A stretch of 64,000 nt of DNA from Chiloscyllium plagiosum (taxonomy: Eukaryota). The DNA lies in NCBI RefSeq assembly GCF_004010195.1, contig NC_057719.1, positions 19,038,198 to 19,102,197 on the forward strand, given 5' to 3'. Below the pieces are notes generated by a model. That model was not told the origin of the DNA, did not search any database, and saw only the letters and a program-made list of their open reading frames with translations. Positions 50,640 through 63,279 of this stretch are shown here, one piece after another. The translations under genes were made by a program, and so were the position numbers. Each line of letters starts with the position of its first letter. The first letter of the stretch is position 1.

Positions 50640-52048
50640 ACCTTATGGCTCTATATCTGAATGTGCAAGGCATTCATGACACATTAAATGAACTGATTGC
50701 ACAAATTGAAATGTAGTATCATAATCTGATTCCAGGATATAGCTGCAGGATATCAAGGATTGGGTTTTGAAATATTGAGGTGTACATGGCATTCAAGAAG
50801 AATAAGAAGTAAGGTAAAGGTGAAGGGATATCATCCCTAATCAAAGGTAATATGTGAAATAGTACAGGAAATAAGTCAGATGTGGGAGTGATCTGTAGGT
50901 CCCTGAACAGTAACCACAATGTAGGAAGATGTATACAAGAAGAAATATTGGGTATTTGTGAGAAATGGGTGGCTATAATCAAAGGTGATTTAAATATACA
51001 TGTAAACTGGAAAAATAAATTGGTAATAGTATCTTAGATGCACAGTTCATAGAGTACTTTCAAGATAATGTTTTAAGGCAATACATTGTGGAACCAATTA
51101 GAAAGCACGCTCCAGATTAACTAATGTCCTCAGAGCAAAGACACACCTAGATTCAGTGACCACAATATGATTGAATTTTTCTTTCGGTTTGAAAGGGAGA
51201 CGAGTCATGTCAAGACTGGTATTTGAACCTTGAATATAGCATCTATAGACATGAAAGCTGAGTTAGCTGAAGTGAATTAGGATATTAGGCTCATGAATAG
51301 ATCAACAGAGAAACGGTGGAAACCATTTAATGGGATATTTCAGAATACTCAGATTAAGTGCATTCCTACTGTGAAGAAACATTCCAAGAGAAGAATCCAC
51401 CATCAATGGTTAAATAAAGAAGTGAAATAAAGCATTAAACTTCAGAGGAGAACAAAACATACAATTGAGAAAAGATGACTGACAGGTCAGATGGATGGTT
51501 GGTCAGATTACAAAGAACAGCAGAAAACTACTTAAAGGTTAAGTGTGGAGAAAGTGAGTGTGGGTAATTAAGAGGGTGAGAATGAAGTGTTAATAGTAAA
51601 TAATAAGGAAATGGCAACTGTAATTGCTAAATATTTTACTTATTTCCTTAAGGGTACAAAAAAAACCCCAGTCATGCTATATCAGCTGGTTAAAGGAAGA
51701 GAAAACTTCATATAATTATAATCACTAATGAAATGATACTGAACAAAATGATAGACCTGTAGGCTGATAAGTCTTAAGATCCTTATGGATGTCATGCTAG
51801 GGTGTTAAAAACAAGGTGGTCAATGGGGATAATGCATTGGTGTTAATTTTCCAAGGATCATTAGACTCTGAATAGATCGCATCAGTGTAGAAAATAGCAA
51901 ATATAGTCCATCTATACAAGAAGACAGCCAGACAGAAAACAAGAAACAATAAGCCTGTTGTGGGATGATATTAAAATTGATCATTCAGAAGGTTATAACT
52001 GAATAATTAGAAAACAATCAAGTGATCTTACAGAGCCTGCATGATTTT
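50640..52048 (+). mobile_element. Decayed CR1 ORF2 (APE to start of RT)
   Basis: LYLNVQGI, ELIAQIE, IIKGDLN, SDHNMIEF, ADKS..P.GCH.RVLK, KIANIVHLYKK. Confidence 0.75.
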
Positions 52049-52064
52049 CATAGAATCCTTACAG

Positions 52065-52256
52065 GAGAAAGTGAGGTCTGCAGATGCTGGAGATCAAAGT
52101 TGAAACTTTATTGCTGGAACAGCACAGCAGGTCAGGCAGCATCCAGGGAACAGGAGATTCGACGTTTCGGGCACAGGGTCTGTGCCCGAAACGTCGAATC
52201 TCCTGTTCCCTGGATGCTGCCTGACCTGCTGTGCTGTTCCAGCAATAAAGTTTCAA
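52065..52256. mobile_element. Fold-back Penelope-terminus element with a perfect 78-bp inverted repeat and 16-bp TSD
   Basis: 52099-52176 is the exact reverse complement of 52180-52257 (loop GGT); CATAGAATCCTTACAG at 52049-52064 and 52257-52272. Confidence 0.92.
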
Positions 52257-52272
52257 CATAGAATCCTTACAG

Positions 52273-52487
52273 TCTGGAAACAGGCTCTTTGGCCCAAGTT
52301 CACACTGACCGCCCTAAAAGTAACCCATCCAGCCCCATTCCCCTAACCTATTACTCTACATTTTCCCTGACTAATGCACCTAACCTACACATCCATGAAC
52401 ACTATGGGCAATTTAGCATAGGCAATTCACCTAACCTGGGTCTCTGGAGATCTGAGGCAGCAGTGCTAACCACTCAGCCACTGTGCA
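52273..52487 (-). mobile_element. Internally deleted HE1-type SINE
   Basis: Tail and head present (GGAAACAGGC.., GAGGCAGCAGTGCTAACCACT), V domain missing. Confidence 0.8.
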
Positions 52488-52829
52488 GTCCTAATCAAGG
52501 GTTATTAGAGATGGATGGGAATGTGGAATTCAGAGCACAAATAAATAAATGTAATATTATTGGATAATGGAGCAAGCTTGAGGGCTAAATGGTCTATGTC
52601 TGGACCTATTTCATATGTTTGTGTTTCTGGGAGTTGCTGCTGTACTCCTGCATTACATATAAGCCAACAGTTTTATTGACTGTATAATACTGTGGGAAGT
52701 CTTGGGATGTTGAAAGGCACCATATAAATGTACTTGTTGTTTCTTAATTTCACCTTAATACAGTCCTTAGTTATAATATAGCAAGTGGCGCAATACTGGG
52801 AGGCCAATCCAAGTATAGCAGCAACAATG

Positions 52830-54045
52830 CAGTAGAATTTTGTATCTATAGCATTTTTAACGTAATAAAACCTCCCAAGTCTGTTCATAAAATCATTCTA
52901 AATCATGATAAGACATGCATGTGTGGTATAGATATTGAGGTAAATAACAATCAAAGTTTTAGATTTTAAGGGAGGAAAAAGAGGTGGAGATGTTTAGGGA
53001 AGAAATTCCAGATCTCAGGGCCAAAACAGCTGAAAACAGACCCTCAGATGAAGAAGAAATTAACATCGAGAATGCTCAAGGGACTGAACTTAGAGGAATG
53101 CAGACCCTCAGAAGGTTGTAGGGCTGGGGGAAACAGACCTTGGAGGGATTTGAACACAAGGGTGAGATAGTGACATTATTTAACCAGTAACTCCCATGGA
53201 CTAGCAGGCACAAGGATGAAGAGTAAAGACTTGTTGTGTTTCAGAATAGAAGTTGTGAAGTCTGTTAGCAGCTGGTTAAAATAGTCAAGTCGAGAGATTA
53301 AAAGGTAGATTGAAGGTTTCAGCAGCAGTGTATGCATCAACCAGGGTTTAGGGTCCACTCTCCCATTTGTTATGGAGATGGGATGAAGTTGTTTTGCCTC
53401 CAGAAGATTTTGGTATTCTCTTCTTTAGGAAATAGTGGAAGCAGGGTCTTTGAATAATTGGAAAGCAGAGATTGATAAATGTTTGATTAACAAGGAAGTC
53501 AATTGTTATCAGGGTTACATAAAAACGTGGAATCAGGCCACAATTTGAATCAGTTGAGAACATGGGGCTGGAAAAGCCCAGCAGGTCAGGCAGCATCTGA
53601 GAAGCAGGAGAATCGACGTTCCTGATGAAGGGCTTATACACAAAACGACGATTCTCCTGCTCCTCGGATGCTGCCTGAACTGCTGTGCTTTTCCAGCACC
53701 ACTTGAATCTAGAATCTGGTTTCCAGCATCTGCAGTCCTTGTTTTTACCCAGATATGAGATCCTGCAGGTATTGAACCATGCAAATATGTTGCTGGAAAC
53801 CCAGAGTCAAATATGACACCAAGTTTATGAACGGTCTGGTCTAGCTTCAGGCAGTTGCCAGGGAGAAGGTTAGAGTAGATGGCTGATGAGCAGAACTTGT
53901 GATTTCAGTCTTCCCAAAGTTTAACTGAAGGAAATTTCTGCCGACTGAGTACTCGAGGTAAGGTACACAATGTGACAACTTAGGGAAAGTCAGGAGAAGG
54001 AGCGGTGACGTAAAGGGCATGGAAATGGGATCAAGCATGAAGCGT
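52830..54045 (-). mobile_element. L2-like LINE fragment, interrupted by a CR1 piece and a palindromic element
   Basis: RNFLQLNFGKTEI and YLLISRLDYFNQLL match L2 RT motifs (NFLQLN..KTE, SRLDYCNSLL). Confidence 0.7.
53553..53750 (+). mobile_element. Palindromic Penelope-terminus element
   Basis: Inverted arms around CCTGATGAAGGGCTTATACACAAAACG. Confidence 0.8.
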
Positions 54046-54139
54046 CATGGCCCAATTTTCCAAGTTAAACAATCAAAATGATTGCATAGATTTCTAAATC
54101 TTTTTCTAGATTGAGATCTTTCTCTTATCCTGCACATGG

Positions 54140-54400
54140 CGGTGATTCCAGCCTCGGGCAGACTGTGTGGAGTTTGCACATTCTCCCCGTGTCTGCGTGG
54201 GTTTCCTCCGGGTGCTCCGGTTTCCTCCCACAGTCCAAAGATGTGCAGGTCAGCTGAATTGGCCATGCTAAATTGCCCATAGTGTTAGGTGTATTAGTCA
54301 GAGGGAAATGGGACTGGATGGGTTACTCTTCGGAGGGTTGGTGTGGACTTGTTGGGCCGAAGGGCCTGTTTCCACACTGTAGGGAATCTAATCTAATCTA
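54140..54400 (+). mobile_element. 5'-truncated HE1-type SINE
   Basis: V domain and (AATCT)n tail. Confidence 0.9.
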
Positions 54401-55832
54401 AAAAATCTCTAAAATAGATGAGCAGACAAGACACTCCTTGGAAATGTAGTGATAGATTGGGGGGAAATTCAATTCATGTCAAGCAGTGCAGGTCCTCAAA
54501 CCAGGAGACCTGGTGGGTAAAAATCAGCGGGATGGTAGCGAGAGAGTGGTGTGGGGTTAGGTGAGGATAATACCTCAGCAATCCCTGATGAGCCTATTAG
54601 ATTGTTAAACAGTCTATTCACATGAAGCAGACACTATGTTAATCCGGCAAAAGACAAAAGTCAAATACAAATGAATGGAACTTACCATCTTGCTGGCTTT
54701 GTTTTGATGTACCAGAATTTGAACAGCTAAATCACATTACCCTGGTATCTCACCACCCCTGTTCAGTTAAAATTATCCTCATTGTATCAGCCTCTGCACG
54801 ATTGCAGGGCTGATTTTGTCTATGGATGTAGCTGAAATAATTTCTGCCTTGATTTGTGAAGTGGTGCTAAATATTTCTTAACCAAACTCTGATTAATCTC
54901 CAGAATTTCATTAAAGGGCACTAAAAATAAACTGTCCTTTTCTCTTCAGTGACTGGGAACCAGACATGGACTGGGTTCTGCCTTCAGCTTTTCACCTCTG
55001 ATAGAAGGGAAGTCTTGTTTATTGACTATATGTTGGTCTGAATGCAGTCCATAATTGGCTTGTATGGCAAACTCAAGACTTTCCTGTTACAGTTTAGGAT
55101 CAAATTGACAGTATAGCTTGAAAGACTATGGGATCTTCAGTATGGGAAATGGAAAACCATAATGTTAGGGCAGTTCTCTGAGGTTGAGACAGGCGCAATG
55201 AAAAGAGAGAGATAAAGACAGAGCTTTACTCTACACAAATGTACACCTTACATATTGCTTATTATGCGAACACTCACTGTTGACATGGATGTTCATATCT
55301 CCAGCACTGGTACTCTTTGCTCCAAAACCTCAGCTGATTAGACAAACTGGATTTTCCATATTGCAATACAATACTTGTACATCATCCAGATTCCGGGGAT
55401 CCAAGGTATCTAAAATAATAATGGGTAGAATGCGATTGGTGTCTCCATGATAACATCAACTGATCGACTGAATCCTATGCCCACACTCACACTTTGGGCT
55501 GGGATGATAGCATCATAGAATCTTACTTTGCAAAAGGAGACCATTTGGCCCATCTCTCATGTCAATCCCTTGAAAGAGCTGTTCAATTCACCCCCTGTTC
55601 ATTCCTCTGTGCCCTATAAGTTCCTTCTCGTTATCTAAAGGTCAGGTCGAACTTGTACAGATGGCTGAACTGTTCTTACCTGTGTAACCATGATCGGATA
55701 TTGTGAACCATTTTTCATATCTCTACACCTGGCAGCTCTCATTTTTTCTTGTATTCTTGCCAAACTTTTTGATACTGAAAATCTGTTTTCTGGAAAATTC
55801 TCTTTCCCTTCCTGCATATTTCCTCACTTGCA

Positions 55833-55851
55833 CGTGCGCCAGATGGCGCCG
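55833..55851 (+). promoter_or_regulatory. CTCF-like motif overlapping an E-box
   Basis: CGTGCGCCAGATGGCGCCG versus core CC(A/G)(C/G)(C/T)AG(A/G)(G/T)GGC(A/G)(C/G), one mismatch; CACGTG at 55831-55836. Confidence 0.55.
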
Positions 55852-56769
55852 CACTTTGTGTCAAAAGATAACAGGAGCGGCTTTAGTGAGGGACTGCTAC
55901 CCAAGCTATTAAAGTGAGTTAAACAGTAATCAGACATCAATGAAAGGCTATTGTAACAACTCATGACATAATTCAATGGAGGATTGCACCATCATACACT
56001 GCCAGAAGGTCATTATTGCAAGTTTTTTTTCTTTCAAAAGAACAAGAGTTAACAAGTAATAATGCACATTTTGAAAATGAGCATATGGATTTATGCAGTG
56101 TCTGCCTTCAGCAGGCCCAAAACGTAGGTCTATGTAAAAGCCACATCAAGGCTGCTCTGTGACTAGGCCCCTAGGGATGAGATACACACTTCCAGCTTTA
56201 TATATCGCAAACTTCTAAGAAGCCTTATTTTATTCCACTCCACCTTGGTGCAATTGGGAGAATAAAACCGATAAGATCACATATTGACTTAGATCATAAT
56301 TTCATCCTGTTACAAGAAGGTGTTAATGTGAGAAAGTGCAGGCTTCTAACATGCTGCACTAAGGGTGAAATTAGGCAACGTGCTAATGATATTCAGTGTG
56401 CTCAGCATTGAAAATATGAATAATTGAGGAAAATTGTATGTTTGAATCAGGATTATATATTCAAGTGTTATGCCTGGATCAGAAGCTCTATGCAACGGCA
56501 GTGAATAGGAAGTGATTTGGTACATTAGAAATCTACACTTGGACCAGGTTAAGTGTTTCTGGGGCCAGCTGTACTCCTAGCTTCCCACTGTTTGCAAGTT
56601 TCTGAGTAGCACTGGGCCTGCATTGTTGGATACTGAAATTCTTTTTAAAAATGGACTCTGCGACAATCTAAATCATGTATTTATATGCTGGGCTGTTGCC
56701 AGTTACCCCCTCCACTGCCTTTTACTCCTTTCCTTCATACTGCAATGTATTGTGTCAGCTGGATTTAAG

Positions 56770-57195
56770 GCGTGAGAGTACAGCCTTTGAACCAGAAGGC
56801 TATGGGGCAAAGTCCCCTCCAGAACCTTGCTCTTAGGATCTAGGCTGACACTCCAGAGCAGGATGGTGGGATTTCCTGAAATATCTGAGGTGATGCCTTT
56901 TGAATGAGACATCTGCCCTTCCTGTGGACTTCAGAGAAATAATGGGTCCATTCTTGGAAGATGAGCAGAGAAATTCTCATTGGCATCTAATCTAAGATTT
57001 ATCTCTGAACTAACATCATTTAAACAGATGAGCTGGTCATTAGCATACTGCTGTTTGTGGGACCTGTGCACAAAATTAGCTGTTTCATCCCTTTATTTAC
57101 AACAATGACTGCATTACTTCCTTCATAGCTGTCAAGTGATTGGTGATGTCCTGATGTCATAAAAGACAATTTGTATACATGCTAGTTCTTTGCTT
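56770..57195 (+). mobile_element. DeuSINE (SacSINE1/AmnSINE1-like), near full length
   Basis: CTAGGCTGACACTCCAG, GAAGATGAGCAG, AACATCA..AAACAGAT..CTGGTCATT..CTGCTGTTTGTGGGA..ACAACAATGACT. Confidence 0.78.
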
Positions 57196-57889
57196 TTCCT
57201 TTTAGTTTCACACTTTATTATATTGCATTGTATTATTTTGCAGCCTTCACACAGCATTACATCTCCATTGTGAGAGAAACAGCTAAGGCCCGCCTAAGAA
57301 CATACCTGGCATGTTCTCCAATTTTTCCATGCTTCTAATGGGAAAAGACATGACCCACACATTGCACCATCGCCTAACAACACACTAAGAAACAAATTGT
57401 ACCATGTAGTGGAACTGTGATCAAGAAACCAGCAGCTTGTGCATGTGTGAGAGGGATTTGCACTGATTCATTCAAACTTTTAGCAGGATTTGCATGTTGG
57501 CAACTCAGTATCACAGTTCGCTAATAGAAAGTGTTAACTTCTTAAATCACTTCTTAATCCAGTTCAGATCAATTCTCCTTTTTTTATTATTAAAGGCCTG
57601 GAGTAGGTGTTAACAAAAAAAATCACTGACATCTGATTTCCCTCAAGCTAACATCTTTCAAGAAACTCCTTTTAATATGAATTATGCAAATGACAGATTG
57701 AAGACTGTTGGATAGTCACCTTTTGAAGAAAACGTTTGAAGGTTTCTATCAAAAAAGGGTCAGAATAATGTTTTTGTCAGAAATATTGGTGCACCAATAC
57801 CCAAAAAAAGGATATACTTTCCAAGAACCAGTCTATGCAACTCACAACTCAAGTGAGTTATAAAATCGGAGTCAAACAACTTTTGAGAA

Positions 57890-58633
57890 GATTTGCAGCT
57901 CAAGTTAAGGTTCTGGACGTAGGTTTGCTCGCTGAGCTGGAAGGTTCGTTTTCAGACGTTTTGCCAGCATACAAGGTAACATCTTTAGTGAGCCTCCAGA
58001 TGAAGCACTTGTGACAAGGCTCACTTTGTGTTTATGTGTTTGGGTTTCCTTGGGTTGATGATGCCATTTCCACTGGTGACATCATTTCCTATGGTGATGC
58101 CATTTCCTGTTCTTTTTCTCAGGGGGTGGTAAATTGGATCCAAGTCAACGTATTTGTTAGTAGAGTTCCAGTTGTAATGCCATGCTTCTAGGGATTCTCG
58201 TGCATGTCTCTGTTTGGCTTGTCCTATGATGGATGTGTTGTCGCAGTTGAAGTGGTGTCCTTCCTCATCCATATGTAAGGATACTAGTGAGAGTGGGTCA
58301 TGTCGCTTTGTGGCTAGTTGATGTTCATGTATGCTGGGGGTTAGTTTTCTGCCTGTTTGTCCAATGTAGTGCCTGTTACAGTTCTTGCTATGTATTTTGG
58401 AAATGACATTAGTTTGCTTGTTGTCTGTATAGGGTCTTGACAGAAATGACTGCCAGACTATTCAGACCCCTTGGCATCAAGATAGCCCACAAACCCACCA
58501 ACACACTAAAACAGCATCTAATGAACTTGAAAGACCCTATATAGACAAGTAAAACTAATGTCATTTACAAAATGATGACGAAACGTCTGAAAATGAACCT
58601 TCCAGCTCAGCGAGCAAACCTACATCCACAATC
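57890..58633 (-). mobile_element. Penelope-like element 3' fragment with inverted ends
   Basis: Minus strand: NCNRHYIGQTGRKL..IHEHQLATKRHDPLSLVSLHMDEEGHHFNCDNTSII..RESLEAWH (GIY-YIG C-terminal half). Confidence 0.85.
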
Positions 58634-59790
58634 TGAGACAATATTTTTGTTTTGATGACACAGCCTTGTCCTTGTCGATAACGGTATACATTGTAACAAG
58701 AATGAAAGACATTCCAGCAATGATTGTTAACAAAGGTGAATTATTGGGTGAATTGAATGTTAAGAACATTACAGAGTAAGAGTTTACACTAAATGGTGGC
58801 CAGCAAAGTGTGCAGTGTGTTGGAAGCTTTAGATCATCAGTTTGAAGTCATCGCAGTTCCTATAATCATTACATTTTGAATCAACTTTTAACTTAATCTG
58901 ATTCCATGAAGCTGGCATTTCCCACCTTTTGTTAAATCCAAGTAAAATTGGGTCTGGGACAGATCTGGCTTCATGATCTAGATATAATTGCCTCAATCAA
59001 TTATTAAGAAATAACTTAAAGCCACTCAAAAATTCAGATTAAAACACTATTGTAATGATGTGCAAAAGTTTCATTCAGTCATCTAATAATCAGGAATGTG
59101 ATTGATATGTGCACTCAAAGCATGAGGCAGACATTTTCCGTAAAGCCCTAGATATCCTGTAAAGAGTCTTCTGGGAGTTATTGCTAAAGTACATGAAAAT
59201 CCTTTGTATCTTCAATTAAACAGTGAGCTCGCCAGTCATTAAGCATAGTTGTAATCTTAAAATTTCCTTCTGCAAAAAAACCATTGCTTAAATGCCCTTT
59301 AACTCTGCTAATAAATGGGAACCACTTTTTTATTTATTCTGTGGGAATGAGCAATATTTTCACTGCCCAGTGGAGTCATAATTTGGAAAGAAGAAAAGTG
59401 AAAATAATATGCACGGATATTATTCTCAGTTGTCAGCTGGCTGCCATGTGCAACAATTCTGTATTAATTTAAAGGTGTGCTGAAATTCTAAGCCATCCAC
59501 AAAATGAGATAACAAATAGGACCAAAGCTTGAGTGTTGCTTAAATTCTTTGACTCTCGCATCAGTCTCTTTCTAATTTTCTCCCAGAAGAGTTCAAAAGA
59601 CACATACAGCACTTCATTACTTTGCTCAGCCTTATGCCTACATGACTGAATGTTCTTAGGCTGTTTTCTCATTTGGTTGAGTCCAATCACGTGCTTGCCT
59701 GCTGTCCACTCTCATAGAATTTCGAGCAGGATTACTGGATTGGAATCAGTTTTTCCTTGACAAAGTAGTGAGCTTCAATATTGCTTCCAG

Positions 59791-61058
59791 TAAGATGGCA
59801 GTAGGGTAGCGCTTCTGAGCACGGGACTTCTCTTTCCGTCCACTATTCTTTTTGTATTTTTTCTATTTTTCTCTCCCATCTCTCTTTTTTACCTCTTCAA
59901 TTTTACTTTACTTACCTCTTGGGAAGAGTTTGATCTCGGCAAAGGCATTGGTGGCGGCAGGTGGACCTAGCAGCACGTATTTCTCGGGGCCCAACACAGC
60001 CTAGTGATGGCAGCGTAGGTGAGAGTTGGGTTCCCAGCTGCTTTGGTATCATTGAGGCAGTGGTAGATGCTGACTCATGGCTGCTGCAGTGGGAGTGAGT
60101 TTGGGTTCCCAGCAGTGTCTACATCCAGACGTGGACCATGGCGACGTTGTGTGAGCTGCCTGCAGCAGAGATTATTCTTCCAAATCTTATTATCGACCTG
60201 CTCTTCTAAACCTCAGTTTTCTACTACCCTAATGCACCTTATATGGTACGATCTGCCTGTGCTGCATGCAAAACAAAATTTCTCACTGTATCTGGGTACA
60301 TGTGATGACCAAATCAAATCAAATCAAATCAGATTCATGGCGGAGGTGGGTTTGGGCCTAATATGAGACCGTGCGATGTCAGCAGTGGCTGTATCAGCGA
60401 GGTGGGCCCAAAGCAGACTCCCGACAGAGGTGACAGAGTCGAGTTTGGGCTGGCATGTTACTCAACAGCATCGGTAGCATCTGCATTGGCGAGTCCCAGC
60501 GAGTACTCATAGTGGCGAAAGCATCGGAGATGGTGCTGAAGCATGGGGGCTTTCGGTCCAGCAGTAGCAACGTGGCAATGAGGACGTATGCCAGGCCACC
60601 AGGCCCATGACCAATCACGGAGCACTAACAAGAAGGGCTGTTATTATTCTGCCTTTGTACTCTATGTTTTGGTTTATTTTTCTGTGCTTTTAAGATGGAG
60701 ACATGAGGTTAGATTAGATTCCCTACAGTGTGGAAACAGGCCCTTTGGCCCAACAAGTCCACACCGACCCGCCGAAGAGCAACCGCCCAGACCCATTTAC
60801 CCCTGATTAATGTACCAAACACTAGGGGCAATTTAGCATAGCCAATTCACCTGACCTGCACATCTTTGGACTGTGGGAGGAAACCGGAGCACCCGGAGGA
60901 AACCCACGCAGACACGGGGAGAATGTGCAAACTCCACACAGACAGTAACCCAAGCTGGGAATCGAACCCGGGTCCCTGCCGCTGTGAGCCACCGTGCTGC
61001 CCCTTTGTACTGAGTTTTGCAACAATGCATACATGTCAATAAATAAATCAAATCAAAT
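59791..61058 (+). mobile_element. Probable non-autonomous element with a Rex1-like tail, containing a Rex1 tail insert (~60170-60330) and an HE1 SINE
   Basis: Starts AAGATGGC; GC-rich body; ends CATACATGTCAATAAATAAATCAAATCAAAT, like the Rex1 tails at ~35300 and ~60300. Confidence 0.5.
60707..61003 (-). mobile_element. HE1-type SINE
   Basis: Reverse complement of the HE1 consensus with a short deletion in the head. Confidence 0.9.
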
Positions 61059-61124
61059 TGTAGTGCCTAATATCAGCTAAATCAACACAAAATTGGAATC
61101 ACAGAGGTCATTATCATTGTATAA

Positions 61125-62450
61125 TAGAGATCTTCAACAAGGATGTAGGCTCTTCAGCCCATCACATCCATATAGGTCAAAAACAAACACTTAACTATTC
61201 TAATTCCATTTTCCCTCACTTTGCTCATAGCCTTGTACACTTTGGTTTCACAAATGCACATTGAGATACATCCTTGAGGGTTTCTGCCTTGGTCCCTACT
61301 TACAGGAGTGGGTTCCAGCTTTCACCACTTCTGGATGATTTTTTTTCTCACATTCCCTCTCAACACTACTTCACCTTATCTTAAATTTATACCCCAGGTC
61401 ATGAACCCCTCCACCAAGGTGAAAAGTCTCTTCCTAGCTACCTTGTCTATGTCCCTCATAATTTCATGCATCTCAATCATATCCATCCTCAGCCTCTTTT
61501 ACTGCAAGAAAATAACCTCAGCCTGTCCAATTTCTCTTTATGACTAAAACTCATGAGTTCAGGCCACATCCTGGTAAATCTCCTCTCCACCAAAGCAATC
61601 ACATCCCTCTTATAATGTGGCTTCCCGAACTGCACACAATATTCTGGCTGTGGCCTCACCAACATCGTATACCATTCCAGCATAACTTCCCTGATCTTAA
61701 ACTCTGTGCCTCAGCAAAGAAAGGCAATATGCCACATGCCTTCTTAACCGCTTTATCCACCTGTCCTGGAATCTTAAGGGACTGGTGTACATGCACACCA
61801 AAGTCTCTTTAATCCTCAGTGCTTCCCGGGATCCTACCTTTCATCTTTTTTGTCCTACCAAAGTGCATCACCTCACATTTATCTGAACTTAATTCCATTT
61901 GTCACCAATTAGCCCATCTGATCAATCTGTCTGTATCCTCTTGTAATCCAAGGCTATCTTCCTCAGTGTTTAGCACCCTACCAATTTTTGCATCATCTGC
62001 AAATTTACTTATCAATCCTCTTGCATTCCAGTCTAAATCACTTATAGATATCTTAAACACCAAGGGCCCTTGTGGAACTGGACAATGACTTCCAGTTGGA
62101 AAACAACCTTTATCCATCACTTGCTGCCTCCTGCCACTCAGCCAGCAATTTGCTGAATTTCCTTGGATCTCATGGGCTATTACCTTCACTATCAGTCTCT
62201 CATGCCAGTTCTTATTGGAAGCCTTGCTAAAGTTCAAGTAGACTACATCAAAGTCACTCTCCTCATGTGCACACCGGGATACCTCTTTGAAAAATTCAAT
62301 CAAGTTTGTCAGACATGATCTCCCCTTAACAAGACCGTGCTGACTATTCTTGATTAATCCCTGCCTCTCCAAACACTGATTAATCTTATCCCTAGGAATT
62401 GCATCCAATAGATTCTCCACCATTAGATGACTGTGCTGTAGTTTCCTGGT
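61125..62450 (-). mobile_element. CR1 RT and 3' end
   Basis: SQHGLVKGRSCLTNLIEFF..VVYLNFSKA..VPQG..SKFADDAKIG..LVRPQPEYCVQF. Confidence 0.9.
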
Positions 62451-62774
62451 TTAAATAAACCTGGATTTCCCTGCTGTATTTGACTTAACATTGAACCAGG
62501 CCTTAGGCAACATCAAGAAGGTGGGAGGTGGGCCCTGTTTTACACATGGTTGAGTAAAGTCGTGTTCACCGGCAAGATTAATATCTTCACTATGTTTCAA
62601 AACTGAGAAGAACAGGCTTAGCATTCAAATCCTAGCAAAGTGATGTGCACAAAATAAGGGTACTTTAAAACAAGAGGAAGAGCAGGTACCACATGGGAGG
62701 AGAAAAAAAAAAGAAGCAGTGAACCTGCACAGTTGTCTGACCAGGCAGCGAACTTTCACAACGGACTGCCTGTG

Positions 62775-63140
62775 CTGTTTAATTTATAAAATTATAAGGG
62801 GCCTGGATAGGTTGAAGTCAGGGTCTTTTCACCAGAGTAGGGGAGTCCAAAACTGTAGGATATAGGTTTAAGATGAGAGAGGAACGATTTAAAAGGCAAT
62901 TAGGAGCAACGTTTTCATGTGGAAGTTGGTGTGTGAGTGGAATGAGCTGCCAGAGGAAGTGGTGGAGGCCGGTACAATTGCAATATTTAAAAGGCATCTG
63001 GATGGGTACATGAATAGGAAAGGTTTACAGGGATATGGATAAAAATCCAGCCAAAGGAACTATATTAAATTAGAATATCTTGTTAGCATGGACCAGTTGG
63101 ATCGAAGGGTTTGTTTCTGTGCTGTACATCTCCATGATTA
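62775..63140 (+). mobile_element. CR1 3' end
   Basis: IYKIIRGLDR; tail closely similar to 40500-40770. Confidence 0.85.
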
Positions 63141-63279
63141 TCTCCTAGTTTTGCAGTGTTATAAAATGACCTTTTATATACCACTTGATAAGATACTCAA
63201 CTTTTCTAATTTTCACAATGCTTAGCATAGAAAATCAATGAAAACCATTTTGGAAAACTTTTATAGTGATTTTGAATTC

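Noticed and set aside
52022..52261. Near-identical ORFs on both strands
   Set aside because: A direct consequence of the perfect palindrome; no coding evidence.
54680..54765. Possible minus-strand exon ending at a GTAAGT donor
   Set aside because: From the best acceptor all three frames contain stops; the shorter alternative gives no recognisable peptide.
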